Below, in pieces: positions 37,146 through 50,975 of a stretch of DNA of 64,000 nt. Each line of letters opens with the position of its first letter. The stretch's first letter is position 1. Source of the stretch: Antedon mediterranea (Eukaryota > Animalia > Echinodermata). The DNA lies in contig NC_092674.1 in assembly GCF_964355755.1 (NCBI RefSeq), forward strand, positions 22,134,001 to 22,198,000. The letters run 5' to 3'. Below the pieces are notes generated by a model. The model was given only the letters and a program-made list of their open reading frames with translations, did not search any database and was not told the origin of the DNA. Both the position numbers and the translations under genes were made by a program.

Positions 37146-38509
37146 GCCAATAAAATGATCCAATAATGGTTACATTTGTTTTAATTAGCGTATATATTGG
37201 CCTACCTACTACAGTATTACCAGGGAGTTGCTGGTATTACTATTCAAGAAGATTGTTTTTAGAGAGGGAAGTGGGGTGGGTGTTATAACATTTTCAGGCA
37301 AAGGTAGATTTTTAGAAATTATTGTTGGAATATCTGAAAAGTAAATAAAAAATCAGAAACATACAAAAAATACCCCAAAAATGTGTTTTATTTTCCAAAT
37401 AAATGAAGTCCAAATATTAATATTCTTTAACTCTATTATTTTCTAACTGTAGCTGCATCCATAAGATAGTAACGTTGAACTGTAACTAACAACAACAAGA
37501 ATTTTAAGGGAGAAGGGCCTTTTTTTTGGACCTTTCATATTTGGTGTAAATTATTTGGTGATTACAAACAATGTAAACATATGGATTAAATTACTAACAT
37601 TATTAACAATTATATTCAATTTTAGGCCTACCTTCGTTCTTGTTTAGAAACAACTACAGTATTTCTTTTGTAAGAATGTAGTCTACTCCGTGACGATTAC
37701 AGATTGTCTGTGAAACGACAAAGATAAATATGCATGTGATTTGTGATTTTTGACAAAAAACGGAATATATACGAGTTTAGTATTGCTACTCTAATTTCAC
37801 CATACAAACGAAAGGAAAAAAAAACGGAAAAACTTACACACAGTGAACTCAAATTTACGGACTTACGGAAACAGGAATTAACAAGGTTTATATACCATTT
37901 CCACCTTACAATCTACAATCGTCGATTGTATACGCATGCGCACCTGGAGTTCATGTCACAGAATGCATTTTGGGTAATACTGACAACGCTCGAATTGTCA
38001 TTGCAAAAATATAAAGTTCATGGTGTGTTTTGTTTGTTTTTTTAACAAAGAGGTCTAACCTTAAAAAAATTGCCACATCACAAAAATACGGTAACTGCCT
38101 CTGAGATAATACAGTAATTCAATACTGGACGTCATTCTAGTTCTTTACTAACTGCGACACTAATGAGTCTTTTTCAGGCGACTTTGGCCACACCCATGTA
38201 CCGTCTTCTCAAGCATTAGCTTGTCGGGAAAACGGCTAAATTTTGAAATTAACGTTGTCGAAAAAAAAAAAGAATTCACCCACCTTGCCAATGAGAATGC
38301 ACATTTTTCTTTTGTCGTCAGAACAAAATTTAACGTTACTGAGCACATCAAAACAAAATGGGAAACAAACAACGACAGAGCTATCATGAAACTGAAATTA
38401 TAAACTACTTGGATGCGATTAAATAATAGTAGGCCTATTTTAAATTTTTTTTTTAAATTACTCTGTATAAGTCTTCTCAGCCAGTGGAAAACATAAATGT
38501 AAAATAATT

Positions 38510-39846
38510 CTATTTATGATCACTAACTTTGTAATTTATTAACATCACTAGCATTTGTTATAATATTAAAATGTGTTATATTTGCTGATTTTAAGCACCT
38601 CAATTTTATCAGAATTATGTGTATTTAATATAAAGTTTTATTTTTTTTGATATAAAGAAAATTTAATTATAAGATTATTTTCAAATTATTATGGCTATAA
38701 GCAAAAAAGTGTATTTTTATGTGTGAACAGCGCCCTCAATCTTCATTTTTTCCCTCAAAATACCACATTTCAAAAACTTAGCTGGTTGTAACTTTTTAAA
38801 AGATTTGTTGTCAGTGACGTGTAAACTTGCATACCCTCTACCATATACTAAGTAAGTTTCTGAGATAAATGAAAAATATTTGTATAGCTTGATATTTTCC
38901 TTGAGGTTATTATATGGTGCACGCTGAAAAATATTTTGATTTTGTGCTAAAAAAATCCATCTTTTTGGTTCAGTACAAACAATCTTGTACAGACATTCTT
39001 ACACAAACGGCATGTTTTATTGGAAAGATAATCATAATATCTATCCAATAAAATATGAACTTTGTGAATTAGTATCTGCTAGATAGCTTTTATTAAACCA
39101 AAAAGATGGAATTTTAGTTCAAAATTAAAATATTTTTTGGTGTGTATCATGTAATAACCTCAACAAAATTATCAAGCTATCGGAATATTTTTCTAATTTT
39201 TTTTCAGAAACTGATCTAGTACGTTATAAAAGTGGTATGTAAATTACAGGTTACTGTAAATAATCTTTAAAACAAAGTTATAACCTTTTAAGTTTATGAA
39301 ACCACATAAAAATGTGGTATTTTTGGGGAAAAATGAAGATTGAGGGCTCTGTTCACACAAGTAAAAATACACTTTTGTCTGTATTTAATTAAGTTTTAGC
39401 CATAGTAATTTGAAAATGGTCTTATTTGATAGATAATTAAATTTTCTTTATGTCAAAAAAATAAAACTTTATATTAAATACACATAATTCTGATAAATTT
39501 AAAGATGTATTGTCCCTTGAAACACAAAAAATTAAAGTCAAGATATTGTAAATTTGAATTGGCCATATCAAAGTAATATTAAAGTTATTCACTTTAAGTC
39601 GAAAATTCGAGCCAACAACATCAAGTTTACGTAATTAACAGGTAAATTAGTTTGATTACATTTAGCCATAGTAATTTGAAAATGGTCTTATTTGATAGAT
39701 AATAAATTTTCTTTATGTCAAAAAAATAAAACTTTATATTAAATACACATAATTCTGAAGTGCTTAAAATCAGCAAATATAACACATGTTAATACTATAA
39801 CAAAGGCTGGTGATGTTAATAAATTACAAAGTTAGTGATCATAAAT
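38510..39846. mobile_element. Foldback/palindromic element of ~1.3 kb
   Basis: 38510-38975 is an imperfect reverse complement of 39095-39500 and 39660-39846. Confidence 0.7.
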
Positions 39847-41770
39847 CAAATTCTTTTACATTTCTATAAAATGTTGTTATTATACAACATATAAATGTAA
39901 ATTTTTCGAACAATTTCACAAAAACAACCCTTTTACGGCCAATAGTTTTTTAGATTATAGAAATGTGTACTACCAGTACAGGTCAAAGGTCAATCAAAAT
40001 ATTTTGGGTCATTTTCTTTAAAAGGTTCTTATTAGACTGAATAGAAACATATACCTTCAGATTAATTTGAGCCCTATTTAAAGTTTCTTCAACTGTTAGT
40101 TACGGAGTTATATGATATGTAGGTCAAAGGTTAAAAATGCCAAAAATCATACTTCCAGCCATTTTTGGACAAATATTTCAATTAGAACGAATATTAATAT
40201 GCATCTTCCAAATAAGTTGACTCTAAAATTATTTCATTTAATCTAAGCGTTGCAAAGATATGACCATTTTGTTTTCAATGGGTCAAAACATTCAAATTGA
40301 GGTCAGAGGTCAAAGATGAATTTTAGAAATTTGACAACATGGGTTTTTATAACCAACATTATTCAAATATTCATAAAACACAATGTTTACACTTTCTCCA
40401 TGATCTGCACACGAAGGCACTATTTTATAAAAATTGTCTTCATTAATGCCCCTTACTATATTTTACGATGGTCCCTAAACATATCTCAATAATAGTCCAC
40501 AGTCTTAGCTATAATATGTGAATTGTGTTTTTACGACAAAGGGCACAACTCATTGGGCCCATCTCGTCTGCGCCTCTGAATAGGCTCAGTGTACATACAT
40601 ATGGATATCAGACCAATCTTTAAATTTCTACCGTTCAGGGATGGCATTCCGGCAAATAATTCAAGATTTAATTTTTTATATCACTTATTTTCCAATTTAT
40701 AATTTCTGTTACAGTATTAATGCTATTGTTAAAATAGTAAGATTACGATTACACTACAACAAATGGAAATTGTGGTGGCTACAATCAGATTTGATATACA
40801 ATCATAATAAACCATTGGGCCTCTTATTTTCCTATGCGTCACATTGCAAGTTTCTTAAAGTTGATTGTGTATAACTAATAACTCTTAGCCCATTCAAACT
40901 AATTAAGTTTCCCAATCACATAATATCATTAATCATCAGTTGACAATATTGATATCTAATGTTCAAATGTTACTAAATAAATACCACAGGGATAAATAAA
41001 GTCACATCACAACTATGATATTTAATGTTTATAAAAGTTATCACATTCTTTGATCAGCAGTTATTATATATTTTATTTTTTATAATTCTAGAGTACAATG
41101 TATAAGTAATAATGTAATAATAATACTTTATTTAATTAAATTAATTATAACTATAAAAATAATTTAAAAATAAAACTATCTTGTGTAGGCCTGTGTGATA
41201 CAAAGTAGGCCTAGCTAAAATTATATCCCAAAAGCTATATACAAATTATTGTTAAAAATTATAATCAGTACACACAGATACACAAATGTACATCAAACTA
41301 TTACTGTATAGTGAACCACTACACAACAAAAACATTCACAATCTACTTATTTCTATAGATTATTTAAGATTTATATCTAATTACCGTTAACAATAATAAT
41401 GAAAAACAATTTAACGCAATTATTATTTGTTTATGGATGATTTCACAAAATTCAGCGAAAGTGTGAATACAATTTGTAATCCGTGAATTAAATTTATTTT
41501 ACTAGCGATAAATACACTTTAAAGTTTGAATTTTTATTAAATAGATTAGGCCTATTAATGAAAGTTTGGAAATTAACATAAACTGTCTTTATTCCATACT
41601 GTACTGTCATGCACATACATTGATAATTCGTTGCCAATTCGTTTGAACGGATCGCTAATTCATTTTAAGGATGTAAAGCATTGGATTGCAAAGTCGTTTA
41701 CATACTAAGTCGTTGTTCAATTGTTTCTTGTTCTAATCATCTCATAGGCATTACCAATGTCGCTTCCAGG

Positions 41771-44700
41771 TTATTCTTTCGGTGTTCTACGTTGCAAGAA
41801 TTGTATAATTCTATCTACACTTGCCGGTTGATATTCATGACTCCATCTGTAAGATAGGGGGAAAGCGGATAAAATAGAAATTATAACTGAGATAGCATTA
41901 AAGCAAATGAACTACTGAATAAATGAACTTACTTAACAGCATTGTATTTGGTGATTCCTCTCATGTCTTCTGGTAGTGCCTCCATCTTTGGCCATTTGAA
42001 ATCAGGAGAAGTAACAGGAACAATGTTACAGTTAGTTTCCATGGCTGTTACTACCTCCTACAACAAATCATAAATGAGATTATGAATGTCTTTTTAAAAA
42101 AATGATTTTTTTGTACTGATTGTATCGATGAACACCATCAGCATCAAATTGACACATAGCGTTGGAAGTGCAGGCCCATGTTGTGTAATGTAATTTGAAA
42201 GGACGAAACAAAGCACACAGTACAGGATAGCAATAAAAAGCTTGAATAAAACTTTTATAATCAGTAAATGTATTTTCGCATAAGGATTTTTATTTGTTGT
42301 GCCAAAAAACCGATTATATGGAAAATCACACAAGACATAACTACAATACATTTAAGCCTCAATATTTGTTCTTTTGTCAAAATTGGCAAAGGATATGCAT
42401 ACCTTGTGAATCCAATCGTTCTGATCATTGTCACCCATACATCTATCCAATGCATTAATTGACAGAACAATGATAAAGTTGCGTGCACTCCGAATACTAG
42501 TTAGAAGGTTTGTGTCGAATCTGCCTGCCCCTAAATTTTCTACATCCATGAAAACGGTGAAGCCTTTGTCTTTCATCTTTTCTTTAAGAAGACTACATAA
42601 GAGAGAACAATTTATGTAATATAAAACATTGTACAGTATTATAGATATAAAAATGAATACGTCGTTGTTGTTGCAAACAACCAACTTTGTTCATGTCTGT
42701 CTACACTATCAAACAAATGTGATGTACCTATATATGGACATGATGATGTCATATCACTACCATATTTGAGCATATCACTACCATATTTGGCCATATCACA
42801 CTGTTTTTGTCAAATTAGTTTGATAGTTTAGACAGATCTTAAGATTACGACGGATACTCCTTTGATGATCCTTATGATTAAGAAAGTGCAGCAGGTTTAT
42901 TTATTGTAAAAACGATATGAATTAAGTCATTTCTGTGTACAGAAATTCAGATCATAATTGCAAAATATTAAACATTTAATACCTTGCTAACCCTGATCCA
43001 TTGGATCGTCTATAGCTGATGAAGACATCAAGAGTCTTTTGTGGGTTTCCATCTTCCATGTCTTGTGGTAAAGGCTGTTCGTCTAGTTTTATTAATAAAA
43101 CAATATCTATGATGATGGTGTTTTTTTAAATTGCAAAATTAAATTCTCATCCGCCAGAATATCTATAGATTCTTTCAAGTGACAACATGCCACAATAGTA
43201 TTGGTACGGAGGATTTTTCAAAACAAGAAGTAGTTTTATATAATTATTTGTATCTCTGTTGAAATCTTTCCATAAACCAATTACATTATTATTAACAATG
43301 CTAATGGTATCCATAGTAACAAGAAATGTGAATAATGATGTTAAAGGTCACCTGGTCCAGACGAGATGCCTTGCTGTATCGGAACCAAGTCTACCAGTTT
43401 GTCTAGAAATATACGAATAAACTATACGTTGATAATCTATCCATAATAAAAGGTAATTAGTTATCCGCACTCGGCGGATAACTACGTGTTGTTACTTATT
43501 TGCCTTAGCAAGTATCATAGAAACATTACTAAGAGGAATTATATCCTAATATAATATCATATTAATGTCAGATAACAAATTAAATTACATAAATAACACA
43601 TTAATTGTTACTACTACCGTTATTATATGACTGTAACAAAATCGTATACTTGAATTTTATAATCCAACCAACCAAAACAATTAAATATATATTATCCCCT
43701 GAAAATAACATTTTTGGTTGAATATGCCATTTTAATTTTAATGTCAAATAGTCACATAATATTTATTATTCACTTTGACCAAAAAAAAAAATGGATCGAA
43801 AAAAAAAATTACTTTAAAAAATTATAAGTTACAGCCACAAATACAACAATTTTTTCCAGTCAATAGGGGGTTTGGTTGAAATTGAAAATCATTTTTGCTT
43901 GTTAAAACTGAAAATGGCACATTCGAATTCAATTAGTTTTATTGGTTTATTTGACTTGATTTGAATATTAATATTACGTCTTCATTATCATTTCATTTTA
44001 TTTTCAAAGAACCTATTTCTTCAAACACAAGTGTATCATTAATATTATCATGGCAATTAATAATGGTTATTTTTATAATAATGTATTATTTGTATCCTTT
44101 TCTTTCAAAATCGTCGATTTGTTTACGTTTCATTATTTGAAGCATATTATTTTGGTGTCTAATAATACATTATGCAATATTATAATATATTTGATTATTA
44201 GCAATTATTTATAGTATAATTATAATACATATTGATAAAGTACCGTAAGCATAACCAGACTTGACTACTTACCTCTTCCTTCACATTCACCTAAAAAACA
44301 AACCAAAACTGGTGTTAACATGCTTATACCTGCTATTACGAATAGCACTAGTTTTATTAGATAAACAGCCTTAAACAGTAAAACTCTGTCTACACTTATT
44401 TCAGATTCATGTTCACACAACAACTATAAAAAAACATTTTGTTAATTGGAAAGTAAAGTAGCAATAAATTTACAATTGCATGAAAGGAAATCGTAATATT
44501 GTTAGTTTTATAGTAAACGAGTTTCAACGTTTTTCCGATAGGAAATGTACATACTTTTTCCATGTATTACCAACTTTGCCAACCCATCTAAAATGTAAAA
44601 AAAAATATACAAAAGAAAAATTACTGTAGTGTTTTATGTGTAAAGACGTCGAATATTGACTGTATCGCCCCATACGACAATATTTGCCTAGTGTAAAGAC

Positions 44701-47407
44701 GTCGAATATTGACTGCATCGCCCCATACGACAATATTTGCCTAGTGTAGTATCACAAGGTAGTGTGTATAACATGCGGTGCTTCCATAGTGAATTGAAAA
44801 AAAGGTCATGAAACACCACAAAAGTATTGAAGATAATCAATGAGTATGTTTTTAAATGCTTGTACGTAAATGTGTTCTTTTATCATGCTTTCTCCATGCT
44901 TATTATTAACAGTGTTTAAACTGTAATTGTTCTGTAATCCGAATTCCATGTTATTTATAATGATTTAAATTTGCTAGAATTATGTGGCGAATGGAATGTC
45001 TATTTTTTTTTTACCATAATTATTTTTAATGAGGGTAATCCATCCAGCAATTTCTGATCATTAGATACCCTCAGAGGTTCAAGATGCTCTACATAAACAA
45101 AGCCTTTTTACAAGTCTTTGGGAGTGGAGTTGTTTTGTCCTTCTGACATATGACGGGACTTGAGCCCAGGGTTGGCATTTATCAATATTTGCTTATATTT
45201 TTGCTTAAGGTGAAATATTTAAGAAGTGCTTAAGCAAATAACTTAATCTTATTATCAAACCCGCAGAAAAATTGTTACTTTGCACATGCGCTAAATTAAA
45301 CTCTAGAGGGCAGCAAATTATGTCTTAAGACGAAAAATGCTTGCTTACGTTTGCGTATTAACTTTTTTCTCTTACCGATGGCGGCGCTATAACATTTTAT
45401 GTCGGTATTTTCACTCCCAACAAGAGAGGGCGCATTCTGGCTTTTATTACTTAAAATAGAGAAAGAGCAGAACAGTCGGAAATACATACGAAAATCATTC
45501 GCTCTAAACTTAAACAAAGAATATATATCACAAGAATGAGTATTCCGCGATTTTCCCTGTAACAGTAATATTGTCCATGTGGTAGGGCGCCGCCATAAGT
45601 GTGGATGTATCTGGGATGTATACAACTTTTTGTGACGGTTTCAATAATCAAAGGCTAGACCACCGGTAGTATTTTCATGATAAAAAATGTTATCAACTAC
45701 ATGCCAACATCATGTTAAATACTATTTGGATATTTAATTGTTCGTTTTATGCAATTTATTTAGTAAAAACTGCCGTATAAACAGTTTGCTTTATCAACCG
45801 GGCGCTACGATAGCGTGACCGGGCGTGTTGGTGTTTACGCGTTTTCACGAAGGATTGTTTAATAATATTCCTATATTTAACTTGTTTCTGGTAAAACAAA
45901 TAAATGTTAATAACATTTAACATTTTGTCCTATTAATAACATGTATTTTATACTAATTTATATCATAAAAACAATACTTAATTTACCGGGCGTAGAGTAG
46001 TACCCGGCAATGGTAAAGAATAGGCCGTGCTGAGTAACGATTCATTGATTTTTGGTGTTGCTGCGTTAGGCCTTTTTTGTGAACTAACTTAGCATGTTAG
46101 TAAATAATTGTCTGTAAAAGTGAATGTACACTAGTTTGTTAATAAATATGTATTATAAAATAGTTTACAATTGCAAAAACTATTATCATAATTCTATTTA
46201 ATGTGACATGTATAATATCTATTAAATCAAGTCTTATTTAGTATGTATACATCCGCCCTTATGAGGGCGGGCATCACTCACTGGAGCTCTCTGTTACAAA
46301 TTTCTCATGCAAAAATCGCGGAATACTCATTCTTGTGATATATATTCTTTGACTTAAATCAAATCAACATTTATTTATTTTTATCAATGACAGCGACCCT
46401 TGGCAGCCGATACAGTTTTCTAAAAGTTAGTCAATTGGGTAGTAGTAGTACCTATCCCGAAAATATTAGTTTTGCTCGTCCAATTTCTAGGCCATCTTTA
46501 TGAAGATCGATATCATTATTTTAGCGTCCGTAGTACAGCGGAAAACGCACTAGCGTAGCCTTTCCGAATGTTCAATGTTTCCGGCCTAGCGCGCTCGCGT
46601 TGTCAAAAAAGAATGTTTCTGTTGCAGAAATGAGATAAGACGAAATTTTTCATCTTAAGGCAGGGTGTTATTCGTCTTAGATTTAAGACAAAATTAAGCA
46701 AATTTTTTTGCTTAGATATATTGATAAATCTGACTTAGGCAAAATCAAGGATTTAAGGCAAAGTTAAGACCATTTTTTGGCTAAGCAAGTTTGATCAATC
46801 CGGCACTCTTGGAGTGGTAACCACCAATCCCCAACTCCACTACATTGGCCTATATTAGATTATTCAATGTTTTCTTACTTGTTAGTATGTTTTCTGCTCC
46901 TTTATTAAGAAGAGAAGCAAATTTTATGAGCTGATCTCGAGTTTGTAATTCGTTTTTCACTTCTTGTAAGTAGGCTACTAAGTCCCACATATCTTGAATT
47001 GTTCTCTTCTGATGACCTAAACGATAAAAGGCTAGTGCCACATCAACATTTCTGATCCCCGTGCTCTTTATTGCCAAATAGAATGGAATTCTATAGGGTT
47101 TTAAACCGGTCCCACTTTTTAAATACTGATCGGGAAAATTAGACAGCAATTCCCGGAGCTTTACCAATCTTGTAACTTGAGCTATTTCATCCAACATTTT
47201 CAAATGAGTAGGTGAGATAAGAGGTTTGTTATTTTCATCTAAAGTATCTTCTAAATGATTTAAGTAACCATGTGGAGTTGTACTTGAGTCAATCTGATCA
47301 AGATAGTCAAACAATAAAAATTTCAGCAGGCTCTGGTATTGCCCATCAAAACATTGTCCGAACTTGTGTACGAACGTTGGATAATCCATTTTGTTAGCGT
47401 CAGCCAT
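41771..47407 (-). CDS. Tandem DED-like plus SARM1-type TIR domain protein, 362 aa. Exons (minus): 46879-47407, 44273-44290, 43352-43402, 42983-43082, 42403-42592, 41933-42057, 41771-41846
   Basis: All GT-AG with consistent phases (1,1,1,2,0,2), 1089 nt, no internal stop. TIR reads LDVFISYRRSNGSGLASLLK...VFMDVENLGAGRFD...ARNFIIVLS..ALDRC...DWIHKEVVTAM...NIVPV...LPEDM...KWSHEYQ, matching SARM1 TIR; catalytic Glu retained. Confidence 0.85.
44638..44746. repeat. 53-bp tandem duplication
   Basis: GTGTAAAGACGTCGAATATTGACTG(T/C)ATCGCCCCATACGACAATATTTGCCTA, two copies. Confidence 0.9.
45515..46351. mobile_element. MITE with 40-bp perfect TIRs and 7-bp TSD (P-element-like)
   Basis: CAAAGAATATATATCACAAGAATGAGTATTCCGCGATTTT at both ends; ACTTAAA at 45508-45514 and 46352-46358. 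Confidence 0.85.
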
Positions 47408-50400
47408 TTTTCTAAAAGAAAACCAAAATGTATTTAAAATTAAAATGAATGGATACGGATAGTGTTAAGTGATTTTAGGGTAAATCTAGGAAAATCTTTA
47501 AAAAAGTATTTTGTCACGGTTGTGTTTGTAAAATCAATATGTAGAAAATCACATAATTTGTAATTTGTTGTATAATACTTTTGTTGTCGTTCATTTATGA
47601 TGTAGGCTAATTACGACATAGTGAACGGAATCAACACGACTAAGGCTGGACCTGGCCGTTGTGTAAGGTATATGTAAGTGTAGTATTAAATCTTTCAGAA
47701 ACCCTTGTAGGCCTAGAAGGAACTCATTTTCATCATCTGTCTTTCTTTTATTTATCAAAAATAAAACAGGTAATCAGCCTAACACCTAATCAAGTTCAGT
47801 CCATTGAATGATAGGCTACATAATTTTAAGAATACACATAAAACATTTATTTCCCAAGCAGAACGGCCCACTGTGTCGCGGAAGTTTCAAAAGATGTTTA
47901 AACTAAATAATGTATTAATTATACCAATTAGGATGGTATTAATATTTGAATAAACGCCAACACCTCCCCAATAAAACATCACTTAAAATAATTATCGCCC
48001 CTCAACCCACCCTTCCATATTTATGCACACAATTATATTGCATTATATTAATTTATAACACATTGTAGTAGAATTCATCGGACTGTTATCTACAATTTAC
48101 CAACCTTTTTAATTTTTTTTTTTTCACTTTTCATATTTTATTTGATAATAAATGTTACTAGATTATTAAAACTAAAAAAATTAAACGTATCCCTAGAATA
48201 AGCACCTTTCATATTAACTCATCATCACTGTGAAACATATTAGGTTTAGTTTTATATCAAGCATTTCAATAATGGTAACCGACCGAAAACATCCAGGCCA
48301 GAACGCCATTTTAAATCCTTTTACCCGTGTCATTATCATTTCGAGAACCATCGTCTACACTTCCTAGAGCCTATATAACATAATTATGCATGTGGGCTTA
48401 CGTGTGCCCAGTTGGCCTTACTCTGGATATAAAGGTGTGGCTGATATCTATTTAAACACTACTAAATAATATAAAATGTTACCTTCTTTTCTCTTTCTAA
48501 ACACAATTATTTCGTTGGTAGTGTTCCAATAAAGGTCAACTGTCTTCTGTACGTCACATTTTACAATAACAATGGTTGAAGCGGAAATAAATAAATCGTT
48601 TTGATGCATCAAATAACGATGAATGAATAGAATAAATAAAGAATTATATATGAAATTCGAACTTTAACCCTTGATTGCTCTCTCTAAAAATTGCCATACA
48701 CACCGGTACACATCGAATGAATAAATATTCCAAATAAGTTGAACATTTAGGCCTACATTCTTGTAATACGGCGTTTTAAGGAAATGCGTAGACCTACGTC
48801 GATAATCCATGGCGTTATGGTCATGTCAGACACATCATAGGCCTTTTTAACGGTCGAGGTTTATACATTTTTTTAATGTATTTTTCTGGTATTTTATTTG
48901 AAGAATACGTATAATATTACACCAAATAATTATGTTATACAGTACCTACTTTCGATCTTTATTTTCATTTTATTTCATTTAAAAAAAAGTAGGTATCAAC
49001 AATCACATTGAAAGCATATTTCAGAACTTGTCACTTTTGTGTATCTATTCCTATCTATTGTTCTGTTTTGGTGAAATTCCAAATGTAATTGTTTCTCGCG
49101 TAAAAATGTATTTAAGGAGAAATAACTTATTTATCCATGGTGCGACTAAACATTTTTGTTATTACATTTTTTTTACTACATTGCTTATTAACATTATAGA
49201 AAAATGTATGGGCGATATTTGAACACCATTTTTAATCACGGGCTTTCTCGATATTAGGAGGAATATCTTACAGTGGATCTCCTCAAATTGTCCGTCCATG
49301 AGATGCTACAATTCTTATATTGCAAAAAGTTTGATTCATAATATCGCAATGAGGTTGCCTTAGTACCAAATATATCCCCTATTTCCGCTTGTAGCAACAA
49401 AACATGTCTATCATGCTTACTTTTTATTGTTATGAATTATGATCAGAGCTGTGACTAGATCTCAATTTTACTACGTATAATCACAATTTAAAAGGTTCCA
49501 ATTTTATAGTCGTCAAAAATGCAATAGGCCTACATAACAGAATACTGTTACATAAAACATGTGTATAGACTGAGACTTGTATCATGACTGTTATGGGATA
49601 AGATATTTTTTATATAGCAATAAGTACATACATTATAAAATTATATGGGATATTGAAGTGAAATGTACACAGTACAGTATGTATGAATAATATATACAAT
49701 ATTATGAAGATGGATATATGTAGTGAACTCCAGTAAGTGGCGAGTTCAATTGCAATTTAGGTCCTGTACCAATTCCGATAACGCAAATAGGCCTATATCT
49801 TTGTTTATAATTATTAATATTTATTTTCAGAAATTCGAATGAATAATCTCAACCAAAACATGAGATGATATAATATTATGTTCGGCTTCCATGGTACAAT
49901 GGCGGAAGTGTAGGCCTAGGTGGGTATATCAATAGAAGTAGGCCTACTAAAAAGCAAATAATTTTCTTTTGTGCACAGCCTGGTTGTAGCTGTAGGCTAA
50001 ATCAAACTTTATTATTTCGTTACAAAGCGTACATATTGTTGTAGCTTTACAATCTTTAAGGCTATTTAGGGTAAGCTAAAATAAATTTCAAAATGTTAAG
50101 TTTAAAAAACGGTTTAGTAATTACATTGAAGACAGCATTATTTTAACAGATACTACAGTACAACCTAATGCATAAAATTATACTTGATTGTAATGCAAAC
50201 AGTTTTGGGAAGTTTATACTATTTTTCTAAGCATCTTAATCTTCAATTTATATACATAGTTAAAACAATTTAAATCTGACGATTAGGCCTACATTAAAAA
50301 CATTGTTGTAAATGTACGATTTACACATTTTCTTATTGAGATTTATTTAAATTAGTAATAGGTAGCCTACAGCCGAAAGTAAGTAGGCCTATTAACCGGT

Positions 50401-50801
50401 ATATACTTCCCATATACATTTCTTAAACAGGCTTATTCCAAACTCGTGTAACTACAGTATAACTTTTAATAGTATAACAAAGTTCACAAAGCTCATACAT
50501 TTTAACGTACATATATGCCTACTATATCGTACCTACTACCACTTATAGTTACAAACTAAAACAAAACCAAAATATAACTCTGTTGACGTCACTGTCATTC
50601 CTAACCCATACTGACCTCGAATCTGTTGATTGTATAACATACTTAGGTCATGTGATTTGTACTGAATAGTGATAATATGATAACAGTATCAAACGCTGTG
50701 CATCATAGCTAATACATTATGCAGGACATATTAGCAATGTATTTGAAAATATACCCAATAGACTGAAATAACACATTTAAATACACATTATGTAAGTTTT
50801 A

Positions 50802-50900
50802 TTAGTCGTGTGCAATGCGACTCTATAGCTCACTATGTTGGTCGGTTGGTAAACACTCAAATTTACACACGTGGCTGCAGCCATGTATATGGCCTTGTTT
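50802..50900 (+). mobile_element. Miniature Helentron related to 13174-13730; another remnant at ~55880-55956
   Basis: TTAGTCGTGTG...GCGACTCTATAGCTCACTATGT..GGTCGG...GGCCTTGTT. Confidence 0.55.
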
Positions 50901-50975
50901 CATGTGCGCAAGCAAATTAACAGTGGTTTCATCAAAATAAAGTTTTTAAATAATGACCGTAGACTTGAATCTTAC

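Noticed and set aside
38388-38397. IRF/ISRE-like GAAACTGAAA
   Set aside because: A single short motif, not kept in the duplicate block, and expected by chance in AT-rich DNA.
31319-38403. Paired short ORFs in the duplicated blocks as a gene family
   Set aside because: Frames are not preserved between copies and there are no recognisable domains.
41771-43082. Bona fide SARM1 orthologue
   Set aside because: No ARM or SAM exons upstream; the upstream exons are paralogous to the caspase gene.
45165-46805. Outer Harbinger-like MITE around the P-like MITE
   Set aside because: Terminal similarity (TTTATCAA...TTGATCAA) is too degenerate and no TSD is clear.
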